Part shown: one piece after another, positions 8,443 to 17,194 of the stretch
Numbering within the stretch: the stretch's first letter is position 1
Layout of the letters: each line of letters opens with the position of its first letter
Source: Candidatus Avelusimicrobium facis
Lineage (GTDB): Bacteria; Elusimicrobiota; Elusimicrobia; Elusimicrobiales; Elusimicrobiaceae
DNA: 64,000 nt
NCBI GenBank assembly: GCA_934636855.1
Contig: CAKUBH010000005.1
Coordinates: 46,370-110,369, forward strand
Direction: 5' to 3'
The notes under the pieces: model-generated
Database searches by the model: none
Told to the model about the DNA's origin: nothing
Seen by the model: only the letters and a program-made list of their open reading frames with translations
Position numbers and translations under genes: made by a program

Positions 8443-10827
8443 ATGAAGATATTGTACAGCTGGTTAAAAGATTTCATTGATATTGACCTCACGCCCGAAG
8501 AGCTGGCGCAGAAGTTTACGCAGTTGGGCATAGAGGTAGCCTCGGTAGAAAAAACGGGAGCGGACTTTGAGGGCGTGCAGGTGGCGCAAATCACGCAGAT
8601 TGAAAATCACCCCGATTCCGACCACCTGCATTTGGTCACGCTGGACTTGGGCGGCGGAAAAACCCAACGCGTGGTCTGCGGGGCCCCTAATGTGGCCGTC
8701 GGGCAAAAGGTACCCTTGGCCCGCGTGGGCGCCCGGCTGGGCAAAACCGTATTGACCCCGGCCAAAATCCGCGGCGTGGTCAGCGAAGGGATGATTTGCT
8801 CCTCGGACGAATTGGGTTTGACCCATACCCGCGCCCGGGGCATTTTGGTGTTGGAGGAAGATCTCCCGCTGGGCACGGATGTGCGCAGCCTGTACGGCCC
8901 GGCCGATGCCTTGTTTGATTTGGAAATTACTTCCAACCGGCCCGATTTGCTCTCTCACCTGGGCGTGGCGCGCGAATTGTCCGCGCTGCTCAATTTACCC
9001 GTGCATATGCCGAAAGTGGAAGAAATTGCCGGCGAGGGCGAAAGCTTGCAGGTGGACGTGCAAGACCCGAAAGCCTGCCCGCGCTACACGGGGCGTTTGC
9101 TGCGCGGGGTAAAGAATGCGCCGTCTGCGCAGCTCATCCAAGACCGCTTGGCTGCCATGGGCCTTCACCCCAAAAACGCGTTGGTGGATGTAACCAACTA
9201 CGTCATGTTTGAATTAGGCCAACCGCTGCACGCCTTTGACCGCAGCGAAATTGAGGGAGACACCATCGTAGTGCGCCGCGCCGCCGCCGGGGAAAAATTT
9301 ACCCTATTGGACGGACGCGAACTGACCTTGGACGAAAATGCCTTGCTCATCGGCGACAAGCAAAAAGCCACCGCTTTGGCCGGCATCATGGGCGGGTTGG
9401 ACTCCGGCATTAAAGAAAACACGCAAGAGGTCTTTCTTGAGTCGGCTTATTTTGACGCGCCGACGATTAACAAAACCTCTAAAAAATACGGGGTATCGTC
9501 TGACTCTTCCCAGCGCTTTGAGCGCGGGGCCGATATCGGCATGACCGTTTTTGCGCTGCAGCGGGCTACGCAACTGCTCTTGGCCTGCTGCGGGGGCCGG
9601 GCCAGCCAAATCCGCGATGTGTATCCGCAACCCTTTGAAAACCCGGTCGTGTCGTTTACCCCGGCGCAAATCAACGCCATTTTGGGCGCAGACCTTGCCG
9701 AAGAAAAACTCAAAGATATTTTCACCCGCTTGGCCGCCCGGTTTGACGCTTCCTCCACGCCGTGGACCTTTCAGGCGCCGACGCACCGGCGCGACTTAAA
9801 CCACCGCTGGGACTTGGCCGAAGAGGCCGCCCGCTTTGCCGGGTTTGACTGCATCCCGGCGGGGGAATCGCGCGCGTTTGTCGGCTTTACCGAAAACCCC
9901 AAAGGGGTGGATTTGTTGGAAATCTTCGGGCAGAAGCTGGCCGGGCTGGGGTTTTACGAATGCAAGAACATTGACTTCTTGGGCGAAAAGGAACTGCAAG
10001 CCTTTGGCTTTGAAACCAAAAACGCCGTAAAAATCAAAAACGCCATGGCGCAAGGCTGGGACTATCTGCGCCCGACGCTGTTGCCCTCTTTGCTTAAAAA
10101 CATAGAGTTCAACGAGCGGCGCGGCAATAAAGATTTGGCCCTGTTTGAAACCACCCGCACCTTTACCCTCATCAAGGGTTTCCCCGCCGAAGCCTATACG
10201 GTGGCCGGGGTGTTATGCGGCCGCCTGACTGCCGAGCCGTTCTTTCAAGCAGAACAGGCCAAGCCGGATTTCTTTTTCTTAAAAGGCGTACTGCAAGATG
10301 TATTGGGCGGTTTTGAGGGGGTGCAATTTGTCCCGGCCGAAAAAGCCCCGGTGTATATGCACCCCAAAATTTGCATGGACATCGTGGCCCATGGCAAAAA
10401 AATCGGCGTGTTCGGGGCGGTGCATCCGCTAACGCTGCAAAACTTCTCCGTCAAGGCGGCAGAAGTATGGGCTTTTGAATTTTCCGCCAAACAGCTGGAA
10501 AAAGACTACAATGCCCAGCACTTCCACCCGGCGCAAGCCGTGGCGCAGTTCCCGCCGTCTCTGCGGGATTTGTCGGTCGTGGTGGACAAAGCCGTCTCTT
10601 ACCGGCAGCTGGCGCAAACGCTGCAAAACACCCCGCTGCCGATGACGATGCACTTTGCTTTGATAGACTTGTACGAGGGAGAACACGTACCGCAAGGCAA
10701 AAAGAGCGTAACGTTTACCCTGGCGTTCAGCGCGCCGGAGCGGACCCTCAAGGACCAAGAAACCGACGAAGCCTTTCATGCCTTGGTCAACAATTTACAG
10801 GAGAAACTGGGCGCCCAGTTACGATAA
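8443..10827 (+). CDS. pheT: phenylalanine--tRNA ligase beta subunit
   Basis: 794 aa with tRNA-binding, B3/B4 and FDX-ACB domain order; directly follows pheS. Confidence 0.95.
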   Translation: MKILYSWLKDFIDIDLTPEELAQKFTQLGIEVASVEKTGADFEGVQVAQITQIENHPDSDHLHLVTLDLGGGKTQRVVCGAPNVAVGQKVPLARVGARLGKTVLTPAKIRGVVSEGMICSSDELGLTHTRARGILVLEEDLPLGTDVRSLYGPADALFDLEITSNRPDLLSHLGVARELSALLNLPVHMPKVEEIAGEGESLQVDVQDPKACPRYTGRLLRGVKNAPSAQLIQDRLAAMGLHPKNALVDVTNYVMFELGQPLHAFDRSEIEGDTIVVRRAAAGEKFTLLDGRELTLDENALLIGDKQKATALAGIMGGLDSGIKENTQEVFLESAYFDAPTINKTSKKYGVSSDSSQRFERGADIGMTVFALQRATQLLLACCGGRASQIRDVYPQPFENPVVSFTPAQINAILGADLAEEKLKDIFTRLAARFDASSTPWTFQAPTHRRDLNHRWDLAEEAARFAGFDCIPAGESRAFVGFTENPKGVDLLEIFGQKLAGLGFYECKNIDFLGEKELQAFGFETKNAVKIKNAMAQGWDYLRPTLLPSLLKNIEFNERRGNKDLALFETTRTFTLIKGFPAEAYTVAGVLCGRLTAEPFFQAEQAKPDFFFLKGVLQDVLGGFEGVQFVPAEKAPVYMHPKICMDIVAHGKKIGVFGAVHPLTLQNFSVKAAEVWAFEFSAKQLEKDYNAQHFHPAQAVAQFPPSLRDLSVVVDKAVSYRQLAQTLQNTPLPMTMHFALIDLYEGEHVPQGKKSVTFTLAFSAPERTLKDQETDEAFHALVNNLQEKLGAQLR

Positions 10828-11084
10828 TGCAAGAAAAACTCAAACAGCTGGAACTTTTGGTATCGCAAGCCGCCACCCGTTTGCAAACCCTGCAAAAAGA
10901 GGAGGCGGCGCTGCGCCAAAAAGTGCGGCTGCAAGAGGAGACCATTGTGCGCTTAAAAGAAAGTGAGGCCGAACTAAAAGCTTTGCGCGAGTGGAAAAAG
11001 AATGCCGTCAACACGCTGCGCAAGTTGGAAACGCGCATAGACAAAGAGCTGGCCAAAGCGCAAGAGCAGCAGAACTGGCTGTAA
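10827..11084 (+). CDS. coiled-coil protein (ZapB-like, cell-division associated) - hypothetical
   Basis: 85 aa, entirely heptad-repeat/charged (LQKEEAALRQKVRLQEETIVRLKESEAELKALREWKK). TAATG start overlap with pheT; precedes zapA. Confidence 0.45.
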   Translation: MQEKLKQLELLVSQAATRLQTLQKEEAALRQKVRLQEETIVRLKESEAELKALREWKKNAVNTLRKLETRIDKELAKAQEQQNWL

Positions 11085-11093
11085 GGATTTGAT

Positions 11094-11393
11094 ATGCCCA
11101 AAAATACGGTAAGTGTAGAAATCAAGCGCATCCCCTTAGACGTGGAAATCCCCGAGTTGGGCTATGTGGAAATTGCCGATTTGGCCGCCCAAGTGGAAAA
11201 GGAAATGAAACGCCTGCAAGAGGAAGAGGGCGTGATTGACACCCTCAAACAGGCGCTGCTGGTGGCGCTGGAATTTGCCGCAAAGGATTATTTAAAGCAG
11301 CTCTCCGACGGAGGAAAGCAAAAGGAAGATTCCTCCCGCGTAGACCAGCTCATTTCTAAATTGCAAGGGGTCTTGGTCCCCCCCGCCAAATAA
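11094..11393 (+). CDS. zapA: cell division protein ZapA
   Basis: VSVEIKRIPLDVEIPELGYVEIADLAAQVEKEMKRL matches the ZapA N-domain followed by a coiled-coil; conserved position after pheT. Confidence 0.7.
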   Translation: MPKNTVSVEIKRIPLDVEIPELGYVEIADLAAQVEKEMKRLQEEEGVIDTLKQALLVALEFAAKDYLKQLSDGGKQKEDSSRVDQLISKLQGVLVPPAK

Positions 11394-11408
11394 GGCGCAA
11401 GGATTTGT

Positions 11409-12653
11409 ATGCAAGATGACTTTATGCCGCTGGCTGCGCGCCAGGCACCCCAAAAGATAGAAGAATTCGCCGGGCAACCGCATTTGCTGGGCGAAGGGAA
11501 AATGTTGCGCCGCCTGCTGGAAACCGACACGCTCAAATCGGCCGTCTTTTTTGGTCCTCCGGGCTGCGGCAAAACCGCCACCGCACGTTATGTGGCGGCC
11601 CGCACGCAAGCCCACACGGTGGAGCTCAATGCCGCTGCGGCCGGCGTGGCAGACATCAAAAAAGTCTTGGCCGAAGCCAAAGAACGCGCACGCACGCCCA
11701 CCTTTGAAGAGCGGCGCACCTTGCTGATTTTGGACGAAATTCATCATTTCAACAAAACCCAGCAGGATGTGCTGCTGCCCAGCGTGGAACGCGGGGACAT
11801 TATTCTCATCGGCATTACGACGGAGAACCCCTATTTTTACATCAATACCGCGCTGCTTTCCCGGTTTTCCGTTTTTGAATTTAAGCCTTTGTCCGATGCG
11901 GACCTGCGCAAAATTTTACTGCGCGCAGCCGATAAAGAGCAAGTCAGCATGACCGACGAAGCGGCCCAATATTTTATTACCCAAGCCAATGGCGACGGCC
12001 GCAAAATGCTCAACGCCCTGGAAATTGCCTCTTTAACCACCCCGCCGGACAAAAACGGCCTCAAACAAGTGGATTTAGCCATCGCCCAAGAATGCATCCA
12101 AAAGCGCCACCTCAATTACGATAAAAAAGGCGATGAGCATTACGACGTCATCTCCGCCTTTATCAAATCCATGCGCGGCTCAGACCCCGATGCCGCCGTC
12201 TATTGGTTGGCCCGCATGCTGGAAAGCGGAGAGGACCCGCGTTTTATTGCGCGGCGCATTCTCATCTGCGCCAGCGAGGATGTGGGCCTGGCCGAACCGG
12301 CGGCGCTGATGATTGCCCAGGCGGCCTTTCAATCGGCTGAAGTGCTGGGCATGCCCGAGGTGCGCATTCCCTTGGCCCATGCGGCCATTTACGTAGCCTG
12401 CGCGCCCAAAAGCAATTCGGCTTACTTGGCTATAGATGCGGCCTTGCGGGAAGTGCGCGAGGGCAAGCTGCGCCGCGTGCCGGACCATTTGCGCTCCGGG
12501 ATGAAAAATGTAGGCTACAAATACGCACACGATTATCCCAACCATTACGTCAAACAGCAATACATGCCCGACCCCGTGCAATTTTTCCACCCGACCCAAC
12601 AGGGCAAAGAAGGGCCGTTGATAGAGCGGCTCAAAAAAATCAAAGGACAATAA
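11409..12653 (+). CDS. rarA: replication-associated recombination protein A (AAA+ ATPase RarA/MgsA)
   Basis: Walker A GPPGCGKTATA, Walker B LLILDEIHHFNK, plus MgsA C-terminal domains. Confidence 0.9.
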   Translation: MQDDFMPLAARQAPQKIEEFAGQPHLLGEGKMLRRLLETDTLKSAVFFGPPGCGKTATARYVAARTQAHTVELNAAAAGVADIKKVLAEAKERARTPTFEERRTLLILDEIHHFNKTQQDVLLPSVERGDIILIGITTENPYFYINTALLSRFSVFEFKPLSDADLRKILLRAADKEQVSMTDEAAQYFITQANGDGRKMLNALEIASLTTPPDKNGLKQVDLAIAQECIQKRHLNYDKKGDEHYDVISAFIKSMRGSDPDAAVYWLARMLESGEDPRFIARRILICASEDVGLAEPAALMIAQAAFQSAEVLGMPEVRIPLAHAAIYVACAPKSNSAYLAIDAALREVREGKLRRVPDHLRSGMKNVGYKYAHDYPNHYVKQQYMPDPVQFFHPTQQGKEGPLIERLKKIKGQ

Positions 12654-13859
12654 ATGGAACCCGAAGCCCCCTTTAGAGGCCAAGTTTTCAGCGTAACGGC
12701 CATCACCCTGGCCATCAAACAAATGATGGAGGGGGTCTTTCGCGGCGTGTTTGTAGAGGGCGAAATCAGCGGGCTGCGCCAAGCCCAAAGCGGACACGTG
12801 TATTTTGACCTTAAGGACCGCGACGCGCTGCTGGCGGCCGTGATGTTTAAATGGGACGCGCGCAAAAACGGACAAGACTTGCAGGAAGGGCTGCAAGTGC
12901 GCGTATTTGGGGACTTAACCTGCTATGCCAAGCAAGGCAAGTACCAAATCGCCGTCAAAACTGTAGAAGCGCTGCACAAGGGCAATCTCTTTTTAGAATT
13001 TGAAAAGCTTAAAAAGAAGCTCCAAGCCGAGGGTCTTTTTGACGAACGCCGCAAGCGGCCTATCCCGGCTTTTCCGCGCCGGATTGGCGTGGTAACTTCG
13101 CCCACCGGGGCGGCCATTCGGGATATTTTGTCGGTCCTGCGCCGACGCAGCCCCAACCTGGAGGTCATTGTGGCCCCCGCCTTGGTGCAAGGGGCCGGCG
13201 CCGCCGTGCAGATTGCGCAAGGCATTGCCGATTTAAACCGCCTCCATCCCGCGCCGGACGTACTTTTGGTGGGCCGTGGGGGTGGGAGCCTGGAAGACTT
13301 GTGGGCCTTTAATGAAGAGCCGGTGGCGCGGGCTATTTTTGAAAGCAAAATCCCCGTGATTTCCTGCGTAGGACACGAGGTGGATTTTACCATAGCCGAT
13401 TTCGTGGCGGACTTACGCGCGCCGACCCCCTCGGCCGCCGCGGAGCTGGTGGTACAAAACGCCGACGGCGTAGCGCAACACATTGCCCAACTGCAAAAGC
13501 GGTTGTTCCAAGCGGTCAGCCTGTTTTATGAACGGGCCAAAGCCCGGGTGGAAGTGGCGGTCAACAGCCGTATTTTTAAAAATCCGCAGCTGCTCACGCA
13601 AGAGAAAGAACAGCGCGTAGACGAGCTGTCCATGGCCTTGGAAAACGCCTTTGAAAAGCAAGCGCAGGCGGCGCAAAACCGCCTGGAATTGTTAACGCAA
13701 AAGCTGGTAGCGCTCAGTCCCTTTTCCGTGCTGGGGCGAGGCTACAGCATTACGCGCAAGGCCGACGGCAGCGTGGTATCGCGCGTGGGGCAGGTGCAAG
13801 AGCAGGAAACTATTTACATTCAGGTTAAAGACGGCATGATACATGCGGAGGTCAAATGA
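12654..13859 (+). CDS. xseA: exodeoxyribonuclease VII large subunit
   Basis: OB-fold N-terminus and XseA catalytic core; 401 aa; followed by xseB with a 4-bp overlap. Confidence 0.9.
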   Translation: MEPEAPFRGQVFSVTAITLAIKQMMEGVFRGVFVEGEISGLRQAQSGHVYFDLKDRDALLAAVMFKWDARKNGQDLQEGLQVRVFGDLTCYAKQGKYQIAVKTVEALHKGNLFLEFEKLKKKLQAEGLFDERRKRPIPAFPRRIGVVTSPTGAAIRDILSVLRRRSPNLEVIVAPALVQGAGAAVQIAQGIADLNRLHPAPDVLLVGRGGGSLEDLWAFNEEPVARAIFESKIPVISCVGHEVDFTIADFVADLRAPTPSAAAELVVQNADGVAQHIAQLQKRLFQAVSLFYERAKARVEVAVNSRIFKNPQLLTQEKEQRVDELSMALENAFEKQAQAAQNRLELLTQKLVALSPFSVLGRGYSITRKADGSVVSRVGQVQEQETIYIQVKDGMIHAEVK

Positions 13860-14113
13860 AGAACGGATTTGAAAGCAAGCTCAGCCGCTTGGAAGAAATT
13901 GTGGCCAAGCTGGAAGAGGAACAAACGGATTTGGACGCGTCGGTCAAATTGTTTGAAGAGGGCCTGGCGCTTTCCAAAGAGATGACGCAAAAATTGCAGG
14001 AAGTAAAATTTAAAGTAACCGCGCTTAAGAAAAAGGGCGCCCAATTGCTGAACGAGCCTTTTGACGCGCCCGCCGGCAGCGCCGACGAAACGGACGAAGC
14101 CGATGGCAAGTAA
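13856..14113 (+). CDS. xseB: exodeoxyribonuclease VII small subunit
   Basis: FESKLSRLEEIVAKLEEEQTDLDASVKLFEEGLALSKEM is the XseB helical hairpin signature. Confidence 0.85.
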   Translation: MKNGFESKLSRLEEIVAKLEEEQTDLDASVKLFEEGLALSKEMTQKLQEVKFKVTALKKKGAQLLNEPFDAPAGSADETDEADGK

Positions 14114-14864
14114 AAAACTGCGGTTGGATCTGGCTTTGGTGGCGCAGGGGTTCTTCCCCAGCCGCACGCGCGCACAGGCCTCTATTATGGCCGGGGAAGT
14201 GCTGGTCAACGGCCTGTGCGACATGCGCGCCGACCGCACGGTGTTGCCGGAGGATGTGATTTCCCTCAAAGAAAAATCCTGCCCGTATGTGTCGCGCGGC
14301 GGGCTGAAACTGGCCGGGGCGCTTAAAGCGTGGAACATTTCCGTGCAAGATAAAATTTGCGTAGATATCGGCGTGGCCACGGGTGGTTTTAGCGACTGCA
14401 TGATTCAAGCCGGAGCGCGCGAAGTGTACGGCGTGGATGTGGGCAAAGGACAGCTGGCCGATGAAATGCGCCGGTATAAAAACTTTCACTTTCGGCCCGA
14501 AACCAATGCCCGCTACATGACGGCGGATTTGTTTGGGCAGGCCCCGCAATTTGCCGCGGTGGATGTGTCCTTTATTTCACTAACGATGATTATGGAGCCT
14601 TTGTTTAAGGTGTTGGCGGCGCAAAGCGAGGGGGTGTTTCTCATCAAGCCGCAATTTGAGCTTACCCCCAAACAGGTACCGCACGGCATTGTCCAAACCG
14701 AGGAAAACCGCCAAGAGGCCATTGCCCGCGTGCAAGGCTTTTTTGAGGAAAATCTAAAAGACAAATACGGCGGACAAAGCCTGGAGCTGATGCAAAGCCC
14801 CATCAAAGGCACTCACGGAAACACCGAATATTTGTGGCATGTCAAACTAAATAAACCCGCTTAA
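14103..14864 (+). CDS. tlyA: TlyA family rRNA (cytidine-2'-O)-methyltransferase
   Basis: S4-like N-terminus (KLRLDLALV) plus FtsJ-like MTase motif VDIGVATGGFSDCM. Confidence 0.85.
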   Translation: MASKKLRLDLALVAQGFFPSRTRAQASIMAGEVLVNGLCDMRADRTVLPEDVISLKEKSCPYVSRGGLKLAGALKAWNISVQDKICVDIGVATGGFSDCMIQAGAREVYGVDVGKGQLADEMRRYKNFHFRPETNARYMTADLFGQAPQFAAVDVSFISLTMIMEPLFKVLAAQSEGVFLIKPQFELTPKQVPHGIVQTEENRQEAIARVQGFFEENLKDKYGGQSLELMQSPIKGTHGNTEYLWHVKLNKPA

Positions 14865-14879
14865 AAGCGGGTTTATTTT
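14853..14879 (+). terminator. rho-independent terminator
   Basis: AAACCCGC-ttaaaa-GCGGGTTT hairpin followed by ATTTT, overlapping the tlyA stop. Confidence 0.6.
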
Positions 14880-14905
14880 GGATTGAAAAGCGGTCCTTCC
14901 TCCCA

Positions 14906-15526
14906 TTAAAAGTTCAGCTGATACCGGGGATGACCATTCTCTGCCGTCCCTGTGCGGGGGCCGAAAGAAGCGCACACCCGGTCCCCCACCTGTGTGCCTG
15001 CATAGCATGACTTGCGTTGCGGACAAAAATCAATGACCACAGTGCCTAAACTTGCATATATGCACGAGGAGCCTTCGGGCAACCTGAAATATCCAATCGG
15101 CGTTCCCGTATATTCCAACCCCTGCTCATACGCTTGTTTGGAAGTATAAGACATGGCTATGTCCAATTCTTCCAAATCCGTGGAATAAGTACCATTGGCT
15201 AAAAAACTCCTTTCCCGCGCATCCAATATGCTGCGTAAAACGGGCAAGGCTTTGCCTACGCGGGCGCGTTCCACCGCCACCCGGTATTGCGGCAGCGCCA
15301 CAGCGGAGAGAATGCCAATGATAAGGACCACGACCAACAATTCAATGAGGGTAAAGCCGCCGCGCCGTTCATCGCATGAGGTCATCCTGGAGTGTCTGGC
15401 GACCCGCAGGGTTCCAGGATCTGCCGTGTTCCTCTTGTTTGTAACGACAGACCCTGGACTACGACCTTCCAGGGGGACAACGTTGAGGAATAACCGGCCC
15501 AAACGGCCTGTAAAACGGTTTTTCAT
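14906..15526 (-). CDS. type IV pilin-like protein, paralog 3 (leader region carries an in-frame ~130-bp hairpin-rich insertion)
   Basis: The 5' end (MKNRFTGRL, SD AAGGAA) is near-identical to paralog 2. The reading frame then runs through a 47-codon insert before GG|FTLIELLVVVLIIGILSAVALPQY. An alternative start MTSCDERRGG|FTL lies at ~15390. Confidence 0.6.
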   Translation of the reverse strand: MKNRFTGRLGRLFLNVVPLEGRSPGSVVTNKRNTADPGTLRVARHSRMTSCDERRGGFTLIELLVVVLIIGILSAVALPQYRVAVERARVGKALPVLRSILDARERSFLANGTYSTDLEELDIAMSYTSKQAYEQGLEYTGTPIGYFRLPEGSSCIYASLGTVVIDFCPQRKSCYAGTQVGDRVCASFGPRTGTAENGHPRYQLNF

Positions 15527-15542
15527 GAGAGGGTTCCTTTTT

Positions 15543-15668
15543 TGCTAAATTTTGCCTATACGCAAAATTTACCAAAAAAAAAACATTGTGCAAGTGTTTT
15601 AAATTACGGAGCCCACTTCTATGACGGCAAAACAAAAATAAACGGCAAAAACAATAAGGCTGAGGCTG
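15543..15668 (-). promoter_or_regulatory. conserved pilin-leader element copy 3 (palindrome TAAATTTTGC-CTATAC-GCAAAATTTA plus A10 plus conserved box)
   Basis: Aligned with copies at 1611-1716 and 6973-7090. Confidence 0.6.
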
Positions 15669-15813
15669 TTATAAAAATTAAGGTCATGCTGAGAGGTTTT
15701 AGTTCAGGATGACCGTATTGGATAACTACAAGGGCCTTTCGCTGTTGCGTCGTTATGCCGTTCGCCGTTTGCACAGCGGCCATTGGAGCGTTTATAAAAA
15801 ATAAAATTTCATA

Positions 15814-15845
15814 CAAAAAACCGCCCCGGAAGGGGCGGTGTAAAT
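15814..15845 (-). terminator. rho-independent terminator of the infC-rpmI-rplT operon
   Basis: On the minus strand, CACCGCCCC-ttcc-GGGGCGG followed by TTTTTTGTAT, just 3' of rplT. Confidence 0.6.
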
Positions 15846-15866
15846 ACTTGCGGAAACCGCTTAAAC

Positions 15867-16220
15867 TTAGGCGTTGGCTTTCTTGGCCACATCCACCAAT
15901 TGCTTAAACGACACCGGGTCTTTGATTGCCATTTCAGAGAGCATCTTGCGGTTAAGCGTGATGCCGGCTTTCATAATACCGCAGATGAATTTGGAATAGC
16001 TCATACCCTCTTCGCGCACGGCGGCGTTGATACGGGTAATCCAAAGCTGGCGGTAATTGTGTTTTTTGTCGCGGCGGTCCACATAAGAGTGCACCCACGA
16101 TTTACCCAATTGCTGGGTAGCCATGCGCAAGCGGCGGGATTTGTCTCCGTAATAACCGCTGGCGGCTCTTAACAATTTTTTCTTTCTGGCGTGTCTGGGA
16201 ACGCTAAATTTAATTCTCAT
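15867..16220 (-). CDS. rplT: 50S ribosomal protein L20
   Basis: MRIKFSVPRHARKKKLL...YRQLWITRINAAVRE is a canonical L20 sequence. Confidence 0.95.
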   Translation of the reverse strand: MRIKFSVPRHARKKKLLRAASGYYGDKSRRLRMATQQLGKSWVHSYVDRRDKKHNYRQLWITRINAAVREEGMSYSKFICGIMKAGITLNRKMLSEMAIKDPVSFKQLVDVAKKANA

Positions 16221-16233
16221 GTTGCTTCACCTC

Positions 16234-16440
16234 TTATTTAGCTACGGGCAGTTGTTTCTGCAAGATGCGTCCGTTGAGGGAGTTCTTTTCAATCACTCCG
16301 GTCGCGCGCATGTCATGTTTGCGGGAAGCAGAAACAGGCGTAAGCAAATGTTTTCTGCCGGCTTTGCGGTGGGTATATTTACCCTTTGCGGTCACGCGAA
16401 AGCGTTTTTTCGCGCCGCTGTGGTTTTTCATTTTAGGCAT
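16234..16440 (-). CDS. rpmI: 50S ribosomal protein L35
   Basis: [21 protein letters not shown]...; 68 aa. Confidence 0.9.
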   Translation of the reverse strand: MPKMKNHSGAKKRFRVTAKGKYTHRKAGRKHLLTPVSASRKHDMRATGVIEKNSLNGRILQKQLPVAK

Positions 16441-16529
16441 TTGTTTTCCTCTAGTTTAATTTCGCGCCGTCAGGCGCGCCCTCCCCTACGCAAACCAGTG
16501 CGCGGGCAGGTGTTTAGTTAAAAAGAAAG

Positions 16530-17069
16530 TCAGGCTTTCGGTACGAAAGTCATGGACATGCGGTTGCCCTGCTGTTGCAGGCCGCCGTCCACATTGGCCA
16601 AGGGCTCCAGCCGTTTGGCGGCGTCTTGGAGCATTTGCATGCCAATGTCTTTGTGTTGGTTCTCCCGCCCGTGGAACACCACGACCAGGCGCACCATATC
16701 TTTCTTTTTAAGAAATCCTTCTATTTGTCTGAGTTTGACGTCCAAGTCATGCGGAGCGATGCGCGACTTAATGCGCAGCTCTTTCATGGTTACCTTGCTT
16801 TGTTTTTTCTTGGCGTCTTTATTCTTTTTGCTCTGTTCAAAAACATACTTATTGTAGTCAAGTATTTTGCAAACAGGCGGCTGGGCGTTGGGTGAAATTT
16901 CCACTAAGTCCAGCTCTTGCTCTTTGGCCATTGCGATGGCAACGGAAAGCGGCTGAATGCCGATCATGCTGCCGTCAGAATCAATGACTCTCACTTCTTG
17001 CGCACGGATGTTTCCGTTGCGGGTGTACAGGTCTTTTTTAAAGACTCTTCTGTTATCGTATCTGGCCAT
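16530..17069 (-). CDS. infC: translation initiation factor IF-3
   Basis: NIRAQEVRVIDSDG...LDLVEISPNAQPPVCKILDYNKY matches IF3 N and C domains; classic infC-rpmI-rplT order. Confidence 0.9.
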   Translation of the reverse strand: MARYDNRRVFKKDLYTRNGNIRAQEVRVIDSDGSMIGIQPLSVAIAMAKEQELDLVEISPNAQPPVCKILDYNKYVFEQSKKNKDAKKKQSKVTMKELRIKSRIAPHDLDVKLRQIEGFLKKKDMVRLVVVFHGRENQHKDIGMQMLQDAAKRLEPLANVDGGLQQQGNRMSMTFVPKA

Positions 17070-17154
17070 GTAACTATTCTTGTAAAAAAATCGCCCTTAA
17101 AGGACCTTTCTATTATAGCAAGTTACGCAAAATGCTGTCAAACCGCCCCAAGAC

Positions 17155-17185
17155 AAAACCCCGCTTCTTGCGGGGTTTTGGGGCA
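17155..17185 (-). terminator. putative rho-independent terminator
   Basis: AAAACCCCGC-ttcttg-GCGGGGTTTT hairpin 3' of the minus-strand gene ending at 17195; the U-tract is weak. Confidence 0.4.
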
Positions 17186-17194
17186 TACTTAAAT

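Noticed and set aside
12180-12896. 238-aa minus-strand ORF
   Set aside because: Overlaps rarA/xseA on the opposite strand. Both sense genes have strong AAA+ and XseA signatures.
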